Assembly: GCA_963809325.1 (NCBI GenBank)
Contig: CAWEIZ010000002.1
Location: forward strand, 452,793 to 516,792
Length of the DNA stretch: 64,000 nucleotides
Direction: 5' to 3'
From: an uncultured Actinomycetes bacterium
GTDB taxonomy: Bacteria > Actinomycetota > Thermoleophilia > Gaiellales > JAICJC01
Shown: piece after piece, positions 10,010 to 18,880 of the stretch
Layout: each line of letters starts with the position of its first letter
Numbering within the stretch: position 1 is the first letter of the stretch
Translations under genes and position numbers: made by a program
Notes under the pieces: generated by a model
Database searches by the model: none
Seen by the model: only the letters and a program-made list of their open reading frames with translations
Told to the model about the DNA's origin: nothing

Positions 10010-11272
10010 CTACGTGACCCGAGACGGAGTGTCGGCCATCCGCTCGTGCTCGCCCGACTCGACGATGCCCGCGAGCCGGTCGATCGCGTCCCAGACGTCG
10101 ACGTAGCGCGTGTAGAGCGGCGCCAGCCCGAAGCGGATCGAGTCGGGCGCGCGGAAGTCGGGGATGACGTCCGCGCGCTCGACGAGCGCCCGGCAGATCC
10201 GCCACGCGTCTGGATGGCGTAGCGACACGTGCGCACCGCGGCGCTCGGCGGCGCGCGGAGTCCCGAGCGTGAAGCCGAGCTGCGCCAGGCGCTGGTCGTG
10301 GAGGTCGACGGCGAGGGTCGTGAGCGCCGCCGCCTTGGCCCGCACGCGGCCGATGCCCGCCTCGGCGAGCATGTCCGCACCCGCCTCGACGGCCGCCAGG
10401 GCGATGATCGGCGGCGTCCCGGCCAGGAACCTCCCGATCCCCTCGACCGGCCGGTACTCGGGCCCCATCGCGAACTGATCCTCCTGCGAGAACCAGCCCC
10501 AGATCGGCGAGCGCAGCTGCGCGCTGCAGCTCCGAGCGGACGTAGAGGAGCGCGGGCGAACCCGGGCCGGCGTTCAGGTACTTGTAGGTGCACCCGACGG
10601 CCAGGTCGGCGCCGACCGCGTCGAGGTCGACCTCGACGGCGCCGGCGGCATGGCACAGGTCCCACAGGACGAGCGCCCCCGCCGCGTGGCCGGCCGCCGT
10701 GATCTCGGCCATGCCGCGCCAGCGCGCCGGAGCGGTAGTTCACCGCCGAGAGCACGACCAGCGCCGCCCCGCCCGCGCACGCCTCCTCGATCTCGGCCGG
10801 CTGCGGGCCGGCGACGGGATCGGCGGCGAGCATGCGAAGCTCGCGGCCGGTCCGGGCGGCCAGGCCCTGGAGGACGTAGCGGTCGGTGGGGAAGTCGGAC
10901 GAGTCGGCGACGATCGCGCCCGGCCGGGCGTCGAGCGCCGCTCCGGCGAGCTTGTACAGGTTGACCGTCGTCGAGTCCGACACGATGACCTGCCCCGGCG
11001 CCGCGCCGAGCGCCGCCGCGCCGAGCCGGTCGCCGGCGGCCGTCGGGGCCTCGACCCAGTCGTTCCAGCCCGTCACGAGCCGGTCGCGCCCACTCGCCGA
11101 TCCGGCGCTCGAGCGCGGCCTGGGCGTCGTGCGCGAGCGGTCCGAGCGAGTTGCCGTCGACGTAGATCCTCGGCGCGTCTCCGAGCGCGAACCGGCCGCG
11201 GAACGCCGCGAGCGGGTCGGCCGTGTCGAGAGCCTCGGCGTCCGCCCGCGTGGTCAGTGCCGTTCGAGCCAC
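10010..11272 (-). pseudogene. kynU: kynureninase, three frameshifts
   Basis: Four minus-strand ORF pieces join into one kynureninase: DPLAAFRGRF...YVDGNSLGP...IGEW / TGWNDWVEAP...VNYRSGALA / [30 protein letters not shown]...[24 protein letters not shown] / [22 protein letters not shown]... The frame changes near 11086-11092, 10714-10718 and 10519-10523. Confidence 0.8.
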
Positions 11273-11973
11273 TCGACCACCGTAGCCCATGCGCGCGAGC
11301 CGGGCTCGAGGTGCTCGAAGTGGCCGTCCGCCTCGAGCTCCACGAGCTCGCATCCCGCCGCCGCGGCGAACCGGCGGCTCATGTCGACGGGCACGACGTC
11401 GTCGCGGCCGCCGTGGACGAGCAGCACCGGGACATCGAGCGGAAGCCGGCGAGCGGGCGAGGCCTCGCGGTAGCGGTCAGGGACGCGGGCAGGCGCGCCG
11501 CCCAGCAGCCGCTCGACCATGCCGCCGCAGACGCCCGCCGCGGCCGCGCGGTCGAGGTCCGAGACGGCCGCCTGGCCGACAGCGGCCGACAGCGGCACTC
11601 GCGCGTCGCTGCGCCCCGCCGCCCACAGCGCCAGGTGGCCGCCGGCCGAGTGTCCGACCGCGGTGACGCGCCCGAGATCGAGCGGCGCTTCGACGTCGGC
11701 GAGAAGGTCGATCGCGGCGGCCACATCGTCGAACGTCGCCGGCCAGCCGCCGCCCGCGCGAAGGCCGACGCGGCGGTACTCGACGTTCCAGGCCGCCCAT
11801 CCATGCGCGACGAGGTCGGCCGCGAGCGGGTCCATCAGATGGCGGTCGTAGCGGGCGCGCCAGCACCCACCGTGGATCAGGACTGCGACCGGATGCGGCC
11901 CCGCCCCGGCCGGCAGGAAGAGCTCGGCGACCTGGCTGCGGTGGCGGCCGTACCGGTGGAGCGAAGTGGTCAC
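11254..11973 (-). CDS. alpha/beta hydrolase, arylformamidase (kynurenine formamidase)-like
   Basis: HGGCW motif and GHSAGGH nucleophile elbow. The GTG 11973 start forms a GTGA overlap with the upstream gene. The formamidase role is inferred from the kynU neighbour. Confidence 0.7.
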   Translation of the reverse strand: MTTSLHRYGRHRSQVAELFLPAGAGPHPVAVLIHGGCWRARYDRHLMDPLAADLVAHGWAAWNVEYRRVGLRAGGGWPATFDDVAAAIDLLADVEAPLDLGRVTAVGHSAGGHLALWAAGRSDARVPLSAAVGQAAVSDLDRAAAAGVCGGMVERLLGGAPARVPDRYREASPARRLPLDVPVLLVHGGRDDVVPVDMSRRFAAAAGCELVELEADGHFEHLEPGSRAWATVVEWLERH

Positions 11974-12566
11974 ACCGGCCGGGCTGAGAACGGGACGATC
12001 ACGGGCGCCGGCCGGTCGGGGTACCCCTCGGCCGCGAACGCGACGATGAACCCGTCGAGCACCGCCGGGACGAGCGGCCACGGGTCGAGCGTGATCCCGC
12101 CCTCACCGTCGACCTCGTACGCGACTCCCGAGACCGACCCGGATGCGGGCTCCTCGAGGCAGAAGTCGAACGCCACCATGTCGTAGAGCTCGGTGACCGC
12201 GTCGGCGGCGGCAGCCTCCTCCGCGGTCAGCCCGCTCCGGACCAGGCTTCCGGCGAGCGCCGGCTCGAGCTCGGCCGCCAGGTCGGGGGCCGCGCTTCGT
12301 GTGAGCCGGTGGATGTGCATCCGGGCGAGGTGGTCGACGACCGGGTCGGCGGTTTCGGGCTCGAACCCGGCCCGCATGACCGCCCGCCAGCGCTCCGGCT
12401 CCATCTCGCCGATCCCGTCGGTGTCGAGCGCCGGATACCCGCGGTCGTGCCAGAGGACGCCGGCGACGATCCGCGGCTCGGCGCCCGAGGCGGCGGCCAG
12501 CATCGCCGCCAGCCGGGCGTGCTCGCCCTGCGGGAAGATGACGTCGCGGCGCCGCGAGCGGAACAT
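11970..12566 (-). CDS. hypothetical protein
   Basis: 198-aa reading frame (MFRSRRRDVIFPQGEHARLAAML...) with coding-like composition. ATG 12566 shares one base with the ABC exporter stop (TGATG). I do not recognise a family. Confidence 0.6.
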   Translation of the reverse strand: MFRSRRRDVIFPQGEHARLAAMLAAASGAEPRIVAGVLWHDRGYPALDTDGIGEMEPERWRAVMRAGFEPETADPVVDHLARMHIHRLTRSAAPDLAAELEPALAGSLVRSGLTAEEAAAADAVTELYDMVAFDFCLEEPASGSVSGVAYEVDGEGGITLDPWPLVPAVLDGFIVAFAAEGYPDRPAPVIVPFSARPV

Positions 12567-14326
12567 CAGGCGATGACGGCGTCGCGCTCGACGAGGGCGG
12601 CGTAGCGGCCGCCTCGAGCGACGAGCTCGGCGTGCGTCCCGCGCTCGGCGATCCGGCCGCGGTCGAGGACGAGGATCAGGTCGGCGTCGCGGATCGTGCT
12701 CAGCCGGTGGGCGATCACGATCGTCGTGCGGCCCTCGCTGAGCCGGTCGAGCGCGTCCTGCACCGCCCGCTCGGTCTCGACGTCGAGGGCGCTCGTCGCC
12801 TCGTCGAGGAGCAGCACCGGCGGGTCGCGGAGCACGGCCCGGGCGATCGCGAGCCGCTGCTTCTCGCCGCCCGAGAACCGGTAGCCGCGCTCGCCGACGA
12901 CCGTGTCGTAGCCCTCCGGAAGCGAGGCGAGATGGTCGTGGATGCGGGCTGCGCGGGCGGCCTGCTCGATCTCGTCGTCGGTCGCGTCGGGCCGCGCGAA
13001 GCGCAGGTTCTCGCGCACCGTCCCGTGAAAGAGGTAGGTCTCCTGCGAGACCACGCCGACCGTCTCGCGGAGCGAGGCGAACGAGAGGTCGCGCACGTCG
13101 ACGCCGTCGACCGTGACCGCGCCGGCGGTCGTGTCGTAGAGGCGGCCGACGAGGTAGCCGAGCGTCGTCTTGCCCGCGCCCGTCTCGCCGACGACCGCGA
13201 CCTTCGTGCCCGGATCGGCGACGAACGAGATGCCGTCGAGCGTCGGCGCCGCGTCGGGGTCGTAGCCGAAGCTGACGTCCCGGAACTCGACCTCGCCGCG
13301 CACCCTGGAGCGGTCGAGCGTGACCGGGTCGTCGCGCTCCTCGATGTCGACCGGGAGGTCGAGGTACTCGAAGACGCGGTCGAAGAGGGCCAGCGAGGTC
13401 TGGACGTCGACCTGCACGCCGAGCAGCGAGTTCACGGGGAAGAAGAGGCGCGTCTGAAGCGTGGTGAACGCGACCAGCGTGCCGATCGAGATCGCGGCGC
13501 TGCCCGACGCGAGCAGGTGGCCGGCGACGCCGTAGACGAGCGCCGGCATGACCGCGAACGTCGTCTGGATCGAGGCCATCATCCACCGGCCCGCCATGCG
13601 CGAGCGCATCTCGAGGTCGGCGAGCCGCGTGCTCTCCTGCGTGAACCGCCGCGTCAGGTCGCCGGTCTGGCCCATCGTCTTTGCGAGCAGGACGCCCGAG
13701 ACCGAGAGCGACTCCTCGACGAGCGCCGAGATGTCGGCCAGGGTGCCCTGCTTGGTGGTGGTCAGCTCCTTGCGCAGCCGGCCGATGCGGCGCGTCATGA
13801 GGACGAAGATCGGAAGGAGCCCGAACGCCGCGGCCGCGAGGCGCCAGTCCAGCAGGATCATGGCGGCGGCCGTGGCGATGACGGTGGTCACGTTGGAGAC
13901 GATCGACGTGGCGGTCGTCGTGACGACGCTCTGGACGCCGCCGATGTCGTTTGCGATCCGCGACTGCACCTCGCCGGTGCGGGTGCGGGTGAAGAAGGCG
14001 AGCGACAGCCGCTGGAGGTGCTCGTAGACGGCGGCGCGCAGGTCGTGCATCACGCGCTGGCCGACGAGGTTCGACTGCCACGTCTGCGCGACGCCGATCA
14101 CGCCGGTGATGATCGGGATCGCGACCATCCCGGCGACGAGCAGGTCGAGCCGGGTCGTGTCGACGTTCGAGCCCTGGGCCAGCACGTTGTTCAGGAGGTC
14201 GCGCAGCAGGAACGCGGGGATGACGCCGAGCCCGGCCGAGATCACGATGAGGCCGAGAAGGCCCATGAGCCGCTTCCGGTACGGCTTGAAGAGCCGGGCG
14301 ATCCGGCGTCCGGAACCCTCGCTCAC
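12566..14326 (-). CDS. ABC exporter, fused permease/ATPase (MsbA-like type I exporter)
   Basis: An N-terminal six-helix TMD is followed by an NBD with GETGAGKTT, FSGGEKQRLAIARA and LLLDEATSALD. The 586-aa ORF is intact. Confidence 0.9.
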   Translation of the reverse strand: MSEGSGRRIARLFKPYRKRLMGLLGLIVISAGLGVIPAFLLRDLLNNVLAQGSNVDTTRLDLLVAGMVAIPIITGVIGVAQTWQSNLVGQRVMHDLRAAVYEHLQRLSLAFFTRTRTGEVQSRIANDIGGVQSVVTTTATSIVSNVTTVIATAAAMILLDWRLAAAAFGLLPIFVLMTRRIGRLRKELTTTKQGTLADISALVEESLSVSGVLLAKTMGQTGDLTRRFTQESTRLADLEMRSRMAGRWMMASIQTTFAVMPALVYGVAGHLLASGSAAISIGTLVAFTTLQTRLFFPVNSLLGVQVDVQTSLALFDRVFEYLDLPVDIEERDDPVTLDRSRVRGEVEFRDVSFGYDPDAAPTLDGISFVADPGTKVAVVGETGAGKTTLGYLVGRLYDTTAGAVTVDGVDVRDLSFASLRETVGVVSQETYLFHGTVRENLRFARPDATDDEIEQAARAARIHDHLASLPEGYDTVVGERGYRFSGGEKQRLAIARAVLRDPPVLLLDEATSALDVETERAVQDALDRLSEGRTTIVIAHRLSTIRDADLILVLDRGRIAERGTHAELVARGGRYAALVERDAVIA

Positions 14327-14772
14327 CGGGCGGCCTCCAGGTTGGTCGCGCAGCGCTCGAGCAGGCCCGCGAGCTGGGTGCGCTCGTCGTCGCTGAAACC
14401 GGCGGTCATGCGCTTACCGACCTCGCGGCCGAGGTGGGGCGCCGCGGCGATCGCGACCTCGCCGGCGGGCGTCAGCTCGACACGGCGGCGGCGGCGATCG
14501 GCGGGGTGCGGCGAGCGCAGGATCCAGCCGCGCTCCTCGGCGGTGTCGACGAGCGCCGTCAGCGTGGGGGGCGCGACGCCGAAGCTGCAGCACAGCTCGC
14601 GCAGGTCGACGGCGCCGCCGGCGTGCCGGAGGCGGGCCAGGAGCTCCCACTGCTGCATGGTGAGGCCGTGCTCGCGCGCGATCCGATCGGCGGCCGCCTG
14701 GGCGAGCCGATCGACGCGGCGGACAGCCCGAAGCGCGGGCGGTCGCGGCGGCGATTGGGAGCGAGAACTCAT
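14323..14772 (-). CDS. MarR family transcriptional regulator
   Basis: 149-aa ORF with a winged-helix MarR core (LTMQQWELLARL...ADRRRRRVELTPAG). A 4-nt overlap with the ABC exporter start makes it the first gene of the operon. Confidence 0.9.
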   Translation of the reverse strand: MSSRSQSPPRPPALRAVRRVDRLAQAAADRIAREHGLTMQQWELLARLRHAGGAVDLRELCCSFGVAPPTLTALVDTAEERGWILRSPHPADRRRRRVELTPAGEVAIAAAPHLGREVGKRMTAGFSDDERTQLAGLLERCATNLEAAR

Positions 14773-14837
14773 TAGGCATCGAAATATTAGCAGGCGAAGA
14801 ATCGGGCAGAAGTTCGCAAATAGCGTGAAATTCGTGG

Positions 14838-14866
14838 TTGCACATGGGGCTCCGGTGCCGTACCTT
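14838..14866 (+). promoter_or_regulatory. sigma-70-like promoter of riboswitch module 1
   Basis: TTGCAC (14838-14843), a 17-nt spacer, then TACCTT (14861-14866, TANNNT). The same architecture and spacing occur at 25041-25069. The upstream box GAAGTTCGCAA-N3-GCGTGAAA is also conserved. Confidence 0.6.
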
Positions 14867-14868
14867 CA

Positions 14869-14985
14869 CCACTGCGCCGTCCAGGGCAGCCGAGTAGGTC
14901 GAAGCCGGACGGAGGAGCTGTAGGGGCGACTCGAAAGCTCTTTCGTGCGGGGGACGAAAGGTCAGCCGGGACGGCGAATCCTTTT
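14869..14985 (+). promoter_or_regulatory. ydaO-like (c-di-AMP class) riboswitch candidate, copy 1
   Basis: The closing helix is CGCCGUCC (14875-82) with GGACGGCG (14969-76). Collinear hallmarks are GCCGAGUA-GGUCGAAGCC-GGACGGAGGAGC, GGGGCGACUC-hairpin-GUGCGGGGGAC, GGUCAGC and GAAUCCUUUU. It is about 88 percent identical by eye to 25072..25189. Confidence 0.6.
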
Positions 14986-15026
14986 AAGGCAGGGGTTTCG
15001 CCATCGTCCGCGAAGGGCAGGGCGAT

Positions 15027-15179
15027 ATGACGGATCACCTGCTCCTCATCGCCGGCGCTCCCGTCATCGCTGTGGGCGCAATCCTCATCGTCGCGGCTCG
15101 CTTCGGTGCCAGCCGGCGCGCGGTCGTCGCCGAGCTCGAGCGGCTCGAGCAGGACGAGGCCGAGGACATCGCCGCGTAG
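15027..15179 (+). CDS. small membrane protein (50 aa) downstream of riboswitch candidate 1
   Basis: ATG 15027 follows GAAGGGCAGGG. The product is MTDHLLLIAGAPVIAVGAILIVAARFGASRRAVVAELERLEQDEAEDIAA, one TM helix plus an acidic tail. Codon third positions are strongly GC-biased. It is below the ORF-track size cutoff. Confidence 0.45.
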   Translation: MTDHLLLIAGAPVIAVGAILIVAARFGASRRAVVAELERLEQDEAEDIAA

Positions 15180-15183
15180 CGGC

Positions 15184-16311
15184 TCAGCCGCCGGAGAGCG
15201 CCTGGTCGAGGTCCGCGATCAGGTCGCCGGCGGCCTCGATCCCGACCGAGAGGCGGACGAGCGTCGCGGGCACGGCGAACGGTGAGTCCGCCGTCGAGGC
15301 GTGCGTCATCCGGCCGGGGTGCTCGATGAGGCTCTCGACGCCGCCCAGGCTCTCGGCGAGGGTCCAGATCCGGGTACGCGCGACGAGCGCCACCGCCTCC
15401 TCCTCGGACGCCGCCAGGAACGAGACCATCCCGCCGAAGCCGTCCATCTGACGGGCGGCGATGTCGTGCCCGGGGTGGCCCGGGAGCCCAGGGTAGAGCA
15501 CGCGCTCGACCGCCGAGTGGCCGAGGAGGAACTCGACCACCTGCTCGGCGTTCGCGCAGTGGGCGCGCATCCGGACGGCGAGCGTCTTCAGCCCGCGGAG
15601 CGCGAGCCAGGCGTCGAACGGCCCGGGGACGGCGCCGAGCGAGTTCTGGAGGAACCGCAGCCGCTCGGCGATGGCGGCGTCGGACGTGGCGGCGACCCCG
15701 CCGATCAGATCGGAGTGGCCGCCGAGGTACTTCGTCGTCGAGTGGACGACGATGTCGGCGCCGTGCTCCAGCGGCCGCTGCAGGAACGGGGAGGCGAACG
15801 TGTTGTCGACGACGACGATCGCGCCCGCGGCGTGGGCCGCGGCGGACGCCGCGCGCAGGTCGACGATGTTCAGCAGCGGGTTCGTCGGCGTCTCGAGCCA
15901 CAGCATCGAGGCGCCCTCCAGCTTCGCGCCGAGGCCGGCGTTGCACTCGTCCGCGGTCACGTAGGTGAAGCGGTAGCCCTTGGGCTCGTAGACCTTCGAG
16001 AAGAGCCGATACGTGCCGCCGTAGACGTCGTTCACCGCCACGACATGCGCGCCCGGCTCGAGCAGGTGCATGACGGTCGTGGTCGCCGCCATGCCCGACC
16101 CGAACGCGATCCCGTGCTCGGCTCCCTCGAGTGAGGCGAGGCACGTCTCGAACGCCTCGCGCGTGGGATTGGCCGTGCGCGAGTAGTCGTAGCGGAACTC
16201 GCCGACCGCCCGCTGGGCGTAGGTCGAGGTCGCGTAGATCGGCACCGTCACCGCGCCGGTGTGCGGATCCGGGTCCTGGCCGGCGTGGATGGCGCGGGTC
16301 TCGAACTCCAC
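15184..16311 (-). CDS. cystathionine gamma-lyase/gamma-synthase family PLP enzyme
   Basis: Cys/Met-metabolism PLP family motifs: YSRTANPTREAFE, GSGMAA, and STTKYLGGHSD with the PLP lysine. The 375-aa ORF is intact. Confidence 0.9.
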   Translation of the reverse strand: MEFETRAIHAGQDPDPHTGAVTVPIYATSTYAQRAVGEFRYDYSRTANPTREAFETCLASLEGAEHGIAFGSGMAATTTVMHLLEPGAHVVAVNDVYGGTYRLFSKVYEPKGYRFTYVTADECNAGLGAKLEGASMLWLETPTNPLLNIVDLRAASAAAHAAGAIVVVDNTFASPFLQRPLEHGADIVVHSTTKYLGGHSDLIGGVAATSDAAIAERLRFLQNSLGAVPGPFDAWLALRGLKTLAVRMRAHCANAEQVVEFLLGHSAVERVLYPGLPGHPGHDIAARQMDGFGGMVSFLAASEEEAVALVARTRIWTLAESLGGVESLIEHPGRMTHASTADSPFAVPATLVRLSVGIEAAGDLIADLDQALSGG

Positions 16312-16322
16312 CGCGGCCGAGT

Positions 16323-17453
16323 CTAGCGGGCCGGTTCGAGGGCGAGCTGGCGGGCGAGGCGCGAGAAGGCGCGCTCGAGCGCCTCGTCGCGGGCCGCCGA
16401 TCGCCGGCGCGACTCGGGGTGCCAGGCGAGCAGCCGTAGGACGCCGGCCTTGCGGTCGGCCTTGACGTCGGCGCGGCCCGCCACCCGGTCTCCGACGACG
16501 AGCGGCAGCACGTAGTAGCCGTACCGCCGCTCGGGCGCCGGCTTGTAGACCTCGATCAGGTGCCGGAACCCGAGCACGCGCTCGGCGAACGGCCGGTCCC
16601 AGAGCAGGTTGTCGAACGGCGAGAGGAGGACGGCACCGGCCGGCTTCGCAGCCTCAACCTCGGCGCCCGCCTCGATCAGCACCGGCGGCCCGCCGTCGTC
16701 GACGGCTTCGCGACGGAGCGCTCCGGCCGCCACGAGCGCGTCGATGTACGGCTTCACCGCCGCCACCCCGCCCCGCAGGCGCCAGTGCTCGACCACCCCG
16801 GCGTCGGTCAGCGCGCCGCGGGCCGCCACGGCCCGCAGCACGAGCGCCTGCATCATCTCGACCTCCCCCGGAACCGGCGCACCGAGCACCTCGTCCGGGA
16901 TCACCCGCTCGGGCAGGTCGTACATCCGCTGGAACCCGTCTCGCGCGCCGATGACGAGCCGGCCCGCCGACCACAGCGCCTCGAGCATCTGCTTGGCGGG
17001 CTTCAGGCTCCACATCCCGCCCGCGGAGCGGGCGCCCTCGAAGTGGCGCGACCCGAGCGGGCCGCGCTCGCGGATCTCGCCCATGATGCGGTCGGCGAGC
17101 GCGGGGTCGCGGTCGATGAGGTCGCCCCACCACGGATGATCGGGGCGGGAGAGCATCCTGCTTCGTGCGAGCGGCCAGTCCTCGATCGGGAGCAGGCACG
17201 CCTCGTGCGCCCAGTACTCGAAGACGCGTCCGGCCGCGAGGAGCCCCGAGACGGTGCGGGGCGGGTAGCGGCCCACGCGCGAGAGCAGCGTCAGGCGGTG
17301 TGAGCGGTCGACGGTCGAGATCGAGTCGAGCTGCACGGCCGACAGGCGCCGGATGGCGTCGGCCACATCGTCCCCACCGGCTGTCCGGTACCGGGTCGCA
17401 TACCTCTGAGCCGCCACGACATGCCGGCGAAGCGCCGCGAGTGTGAGGCTCAA
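16323..17453 (-). CDS. winged-helix DUF1006 / YcaQ (AlkZ-like crosslink-repair glycosylase) family protein
   Basis: Family-typical blocks AVQLDSISTVDRSH, FEYWAHEACLLP, SPFDNLLWDR and YKPAPERRYGYYVLP. ATGA overlap with the CBS stop. Confidence 0.8.
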   Translation of the reverse strand: MSLTLAALRRHVVAAQRYATRYRTAGGDDVADAIRRLSAVQLDSISTVDRSHRLTLLSRVGRYPPRTVSGLLAAGRVFEYWAHEACLLPIEDWPLARSRMLSRPDHPWWGDLIDRDPALADRIMGEIRERGPLGSRHFEGARSAGGMWSLKPAKQMLEALWSAGRLVIGARDGFQRMYDLPERVIPDEVLGAPVPGEVEMMQALVLRAVAARGALTDAGVVEHWRLRGGVAAVKPYIDALVAAGALRREAVDDGGPPVLIEAGAEVEAAKPAGAVLLSPFDNLLWDRPFAERVLGFRHLIEVYKPAPERRYGYYVLPLVVGDRVAGRADVKADRKAGVLRLLAWHPESRRRSAARDEALERAFSRLARQLALEPAR

Positions 17454-18838
17454 GAACCGTTCCGGGCGCGCGCGAGGTACTCGAGCAGGTCCGAGCGGGT
17501 GAGCATGCCGGCCGGGCGGCCGGCCCGCGCGACGACCACCGCCGGGCTCCCACCCGAGAGGTCCGAGAACACACGGTCGAGCGTGTCGGCCGCGTCGACC
17601 GCGGCCAGCGGCGGCTGCATCGCCTGCGAGACCTCGTCGTTCAGGGCGTCGGGGTTCTTGAACACCCGGTCGAGCAGCCCGCGCTCGCGCAGCGACCCGA
17701 CGATGTCGGAGAGCGACTCGACCGGCTGCGTCCGAACGACGGGAAGCTGCGAGATCGAGTAGCGCTGCATGAGCGAGATGGCCTCGCCGACCTTGTGGTG
17801 CGACGCGATGGTGACGAGCTCCGGCACCTCGCCGCTGTGCTTCGCCAGCAGCACCTCGTCGACTGTCGGCGCGGGCGCCTCGCGCTCGAGGAAGCCGTAC
17901 TCGATCATGTAGTTGTCGTTCAGGAACTTCGAGAGGTAGGCGCGCCCGCCGTCGGGGACGAGCGTCACGACGGTCTGTCCCGGCTGCATCCGGCGCGCGA
18001 CCACCAGGGCGGCGTGGATCGCCGTCCCAGCCGAGCCGCCCACCAGGAGGCCCTCTTCGCGCGCCATCCGCCGGGCGGTCGTGAACGAGTCGCGGTCGGA
18101 GACGGTCACGTACTCGTCGACCAGGTCGGCGTCGTAGGTCTTGGGCCAGAAGTCCTCGCCGATGCCCTCGACGAGGTAGGGGTGCACCGAGGCGGACGAG
18201 TAGATCGAGCCCTCCGGGTCGGCGCCGACGACGCGCAGGTCGGGCTTCTGCTCCTTGAGGTATCGCGCGCAGCCCGAGATCGTGCCGCCGGTGCCGATCG
18301 CGATCACGAGCGCGTCGAGCTCGCCGCCGGTCTGCTCCCAGATCTCCGGCCCTGTCGTGTCGTAGTGGGCCTGCGGGTTGGCGGCGTTCGAGTACTGGTC
18401 GGGCTTGAACGCGCCGGGGATCTCCTCGGCGAGCCGGTCGGACACCGAGTAGTAGCTCTCGGGCGACTCCGGCTCGACCGCCGTCGGGCAGACGACGACC
18501 TCGGCACCGAACGCGCGCAGGAGCGAGATCTTCTCCTGGCTCATCTTGTCGGGCATGACGAAGATCATCTTGTAGCCCCGGATCGCGGCGGCCATCGCGA
18601 GCGCCACGCCGGTGTTCCCCGACGTCGGCTCGACGATCGTCCCGCCCGGCCGGAGCTTCCCCTCGCGCTCGGCCGCCTCGATCATCGGGAGCCCGATGCG
18701 ATCCTTCACGGAGCCGCCGGGGTTCATGTACTCGAGCTTCGCGACCACCTGCGCGGGGAGGCCCTGCGCCACCCGGTCGAGCCGGACGATGGGGGTGCCT
18801 CCGACCAGCTCCAGCACCGAGGGGTAGTCGCGCGCCAT
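17450..18838 (-). CDS. cystathionine beta-synthase (PLP domain plus tandem CBS domains)
   Basis: MARDYPSVLELVGGTPIV, GGSVKDR, SGNTGVALA and GTGGTISG, followed by a C-terminal CBS pair. ATG 18838 is in frame within track ORF 17450..19561. Confidence 0.9.
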   Translation of the reverse strand: MARDYPSVLELVGGTPIVRLDRVAQGLPAQVVAKLEYMNPGGSVKDRIGLPMIEAAEREGKLRPGGTIVEPTSGNTGVALAMAAAIRGYKMIFVMPDKMSQEKISLLRAFGAEVVVCPTAVEPESPESYYSVSDRLAEEIPGAFKPDQYSNAANPQAHYDTTGPEIWEQTGGELDALVIAIGTGGTISGCARYLKEQKPDLRVVGADPEGSIYSSASVHPYLVEGIGEDFWPKTYDADLVDEYVTVSDRDSFTTARRMAREEGLLVGGSAGTAIHAALVVARRMQPGQTVVTLVPDGGRAYLSKFLNDNYMIEYGFLEREAPAPTVDEVLLAKHSGEVPELVTIASHHKVGEAISLMQRYSISQLPVVRTQPVESLSDIVGSLRERGLLDRVFKNPDALNDEVSQAMQPPLAAVDAADTLDRVFSDLSGGSPAVVVARAGRPAGMLTRSDLLEYLARARNGS

Positions 18839-18868
18839 GCCGGGGCAGTGTACCGGTGCCGGCTCCCG

Positions 18869-18880
18869 TAGAATCGTCCG
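18869..18880 (+). promoter_or_regulatory. -10 element (TAGAAT) placed for a leaderless transcript of the cyclase gene
   Basis: TAGAAT at 18869-18874 lies 6 nt before ATG 18881. There is no RBS, and the -35 is weak. Confidence 0.35.

Noticed and set aside
14869-14985. Alternative readings of the conserved leader: a c-di-GMP-I (GEMM-I) riboswitch, an SAH riboswitch, or a minus-strand 5' leader of marR and dppA.
   Set aside because: - There are partial local resemblances (CAGGGCA...GAAGCC; GGAGGAGC...GGUCAGCC...ACGGCG).
- However, the element is too long, and its second half has no counterpart in those classes.
- The reverse complement is C-rich and matches nothing I know.
- The conserved -35/-10 pair faces the plus strand.
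- This is not fully excluded without covariance-model scoring.
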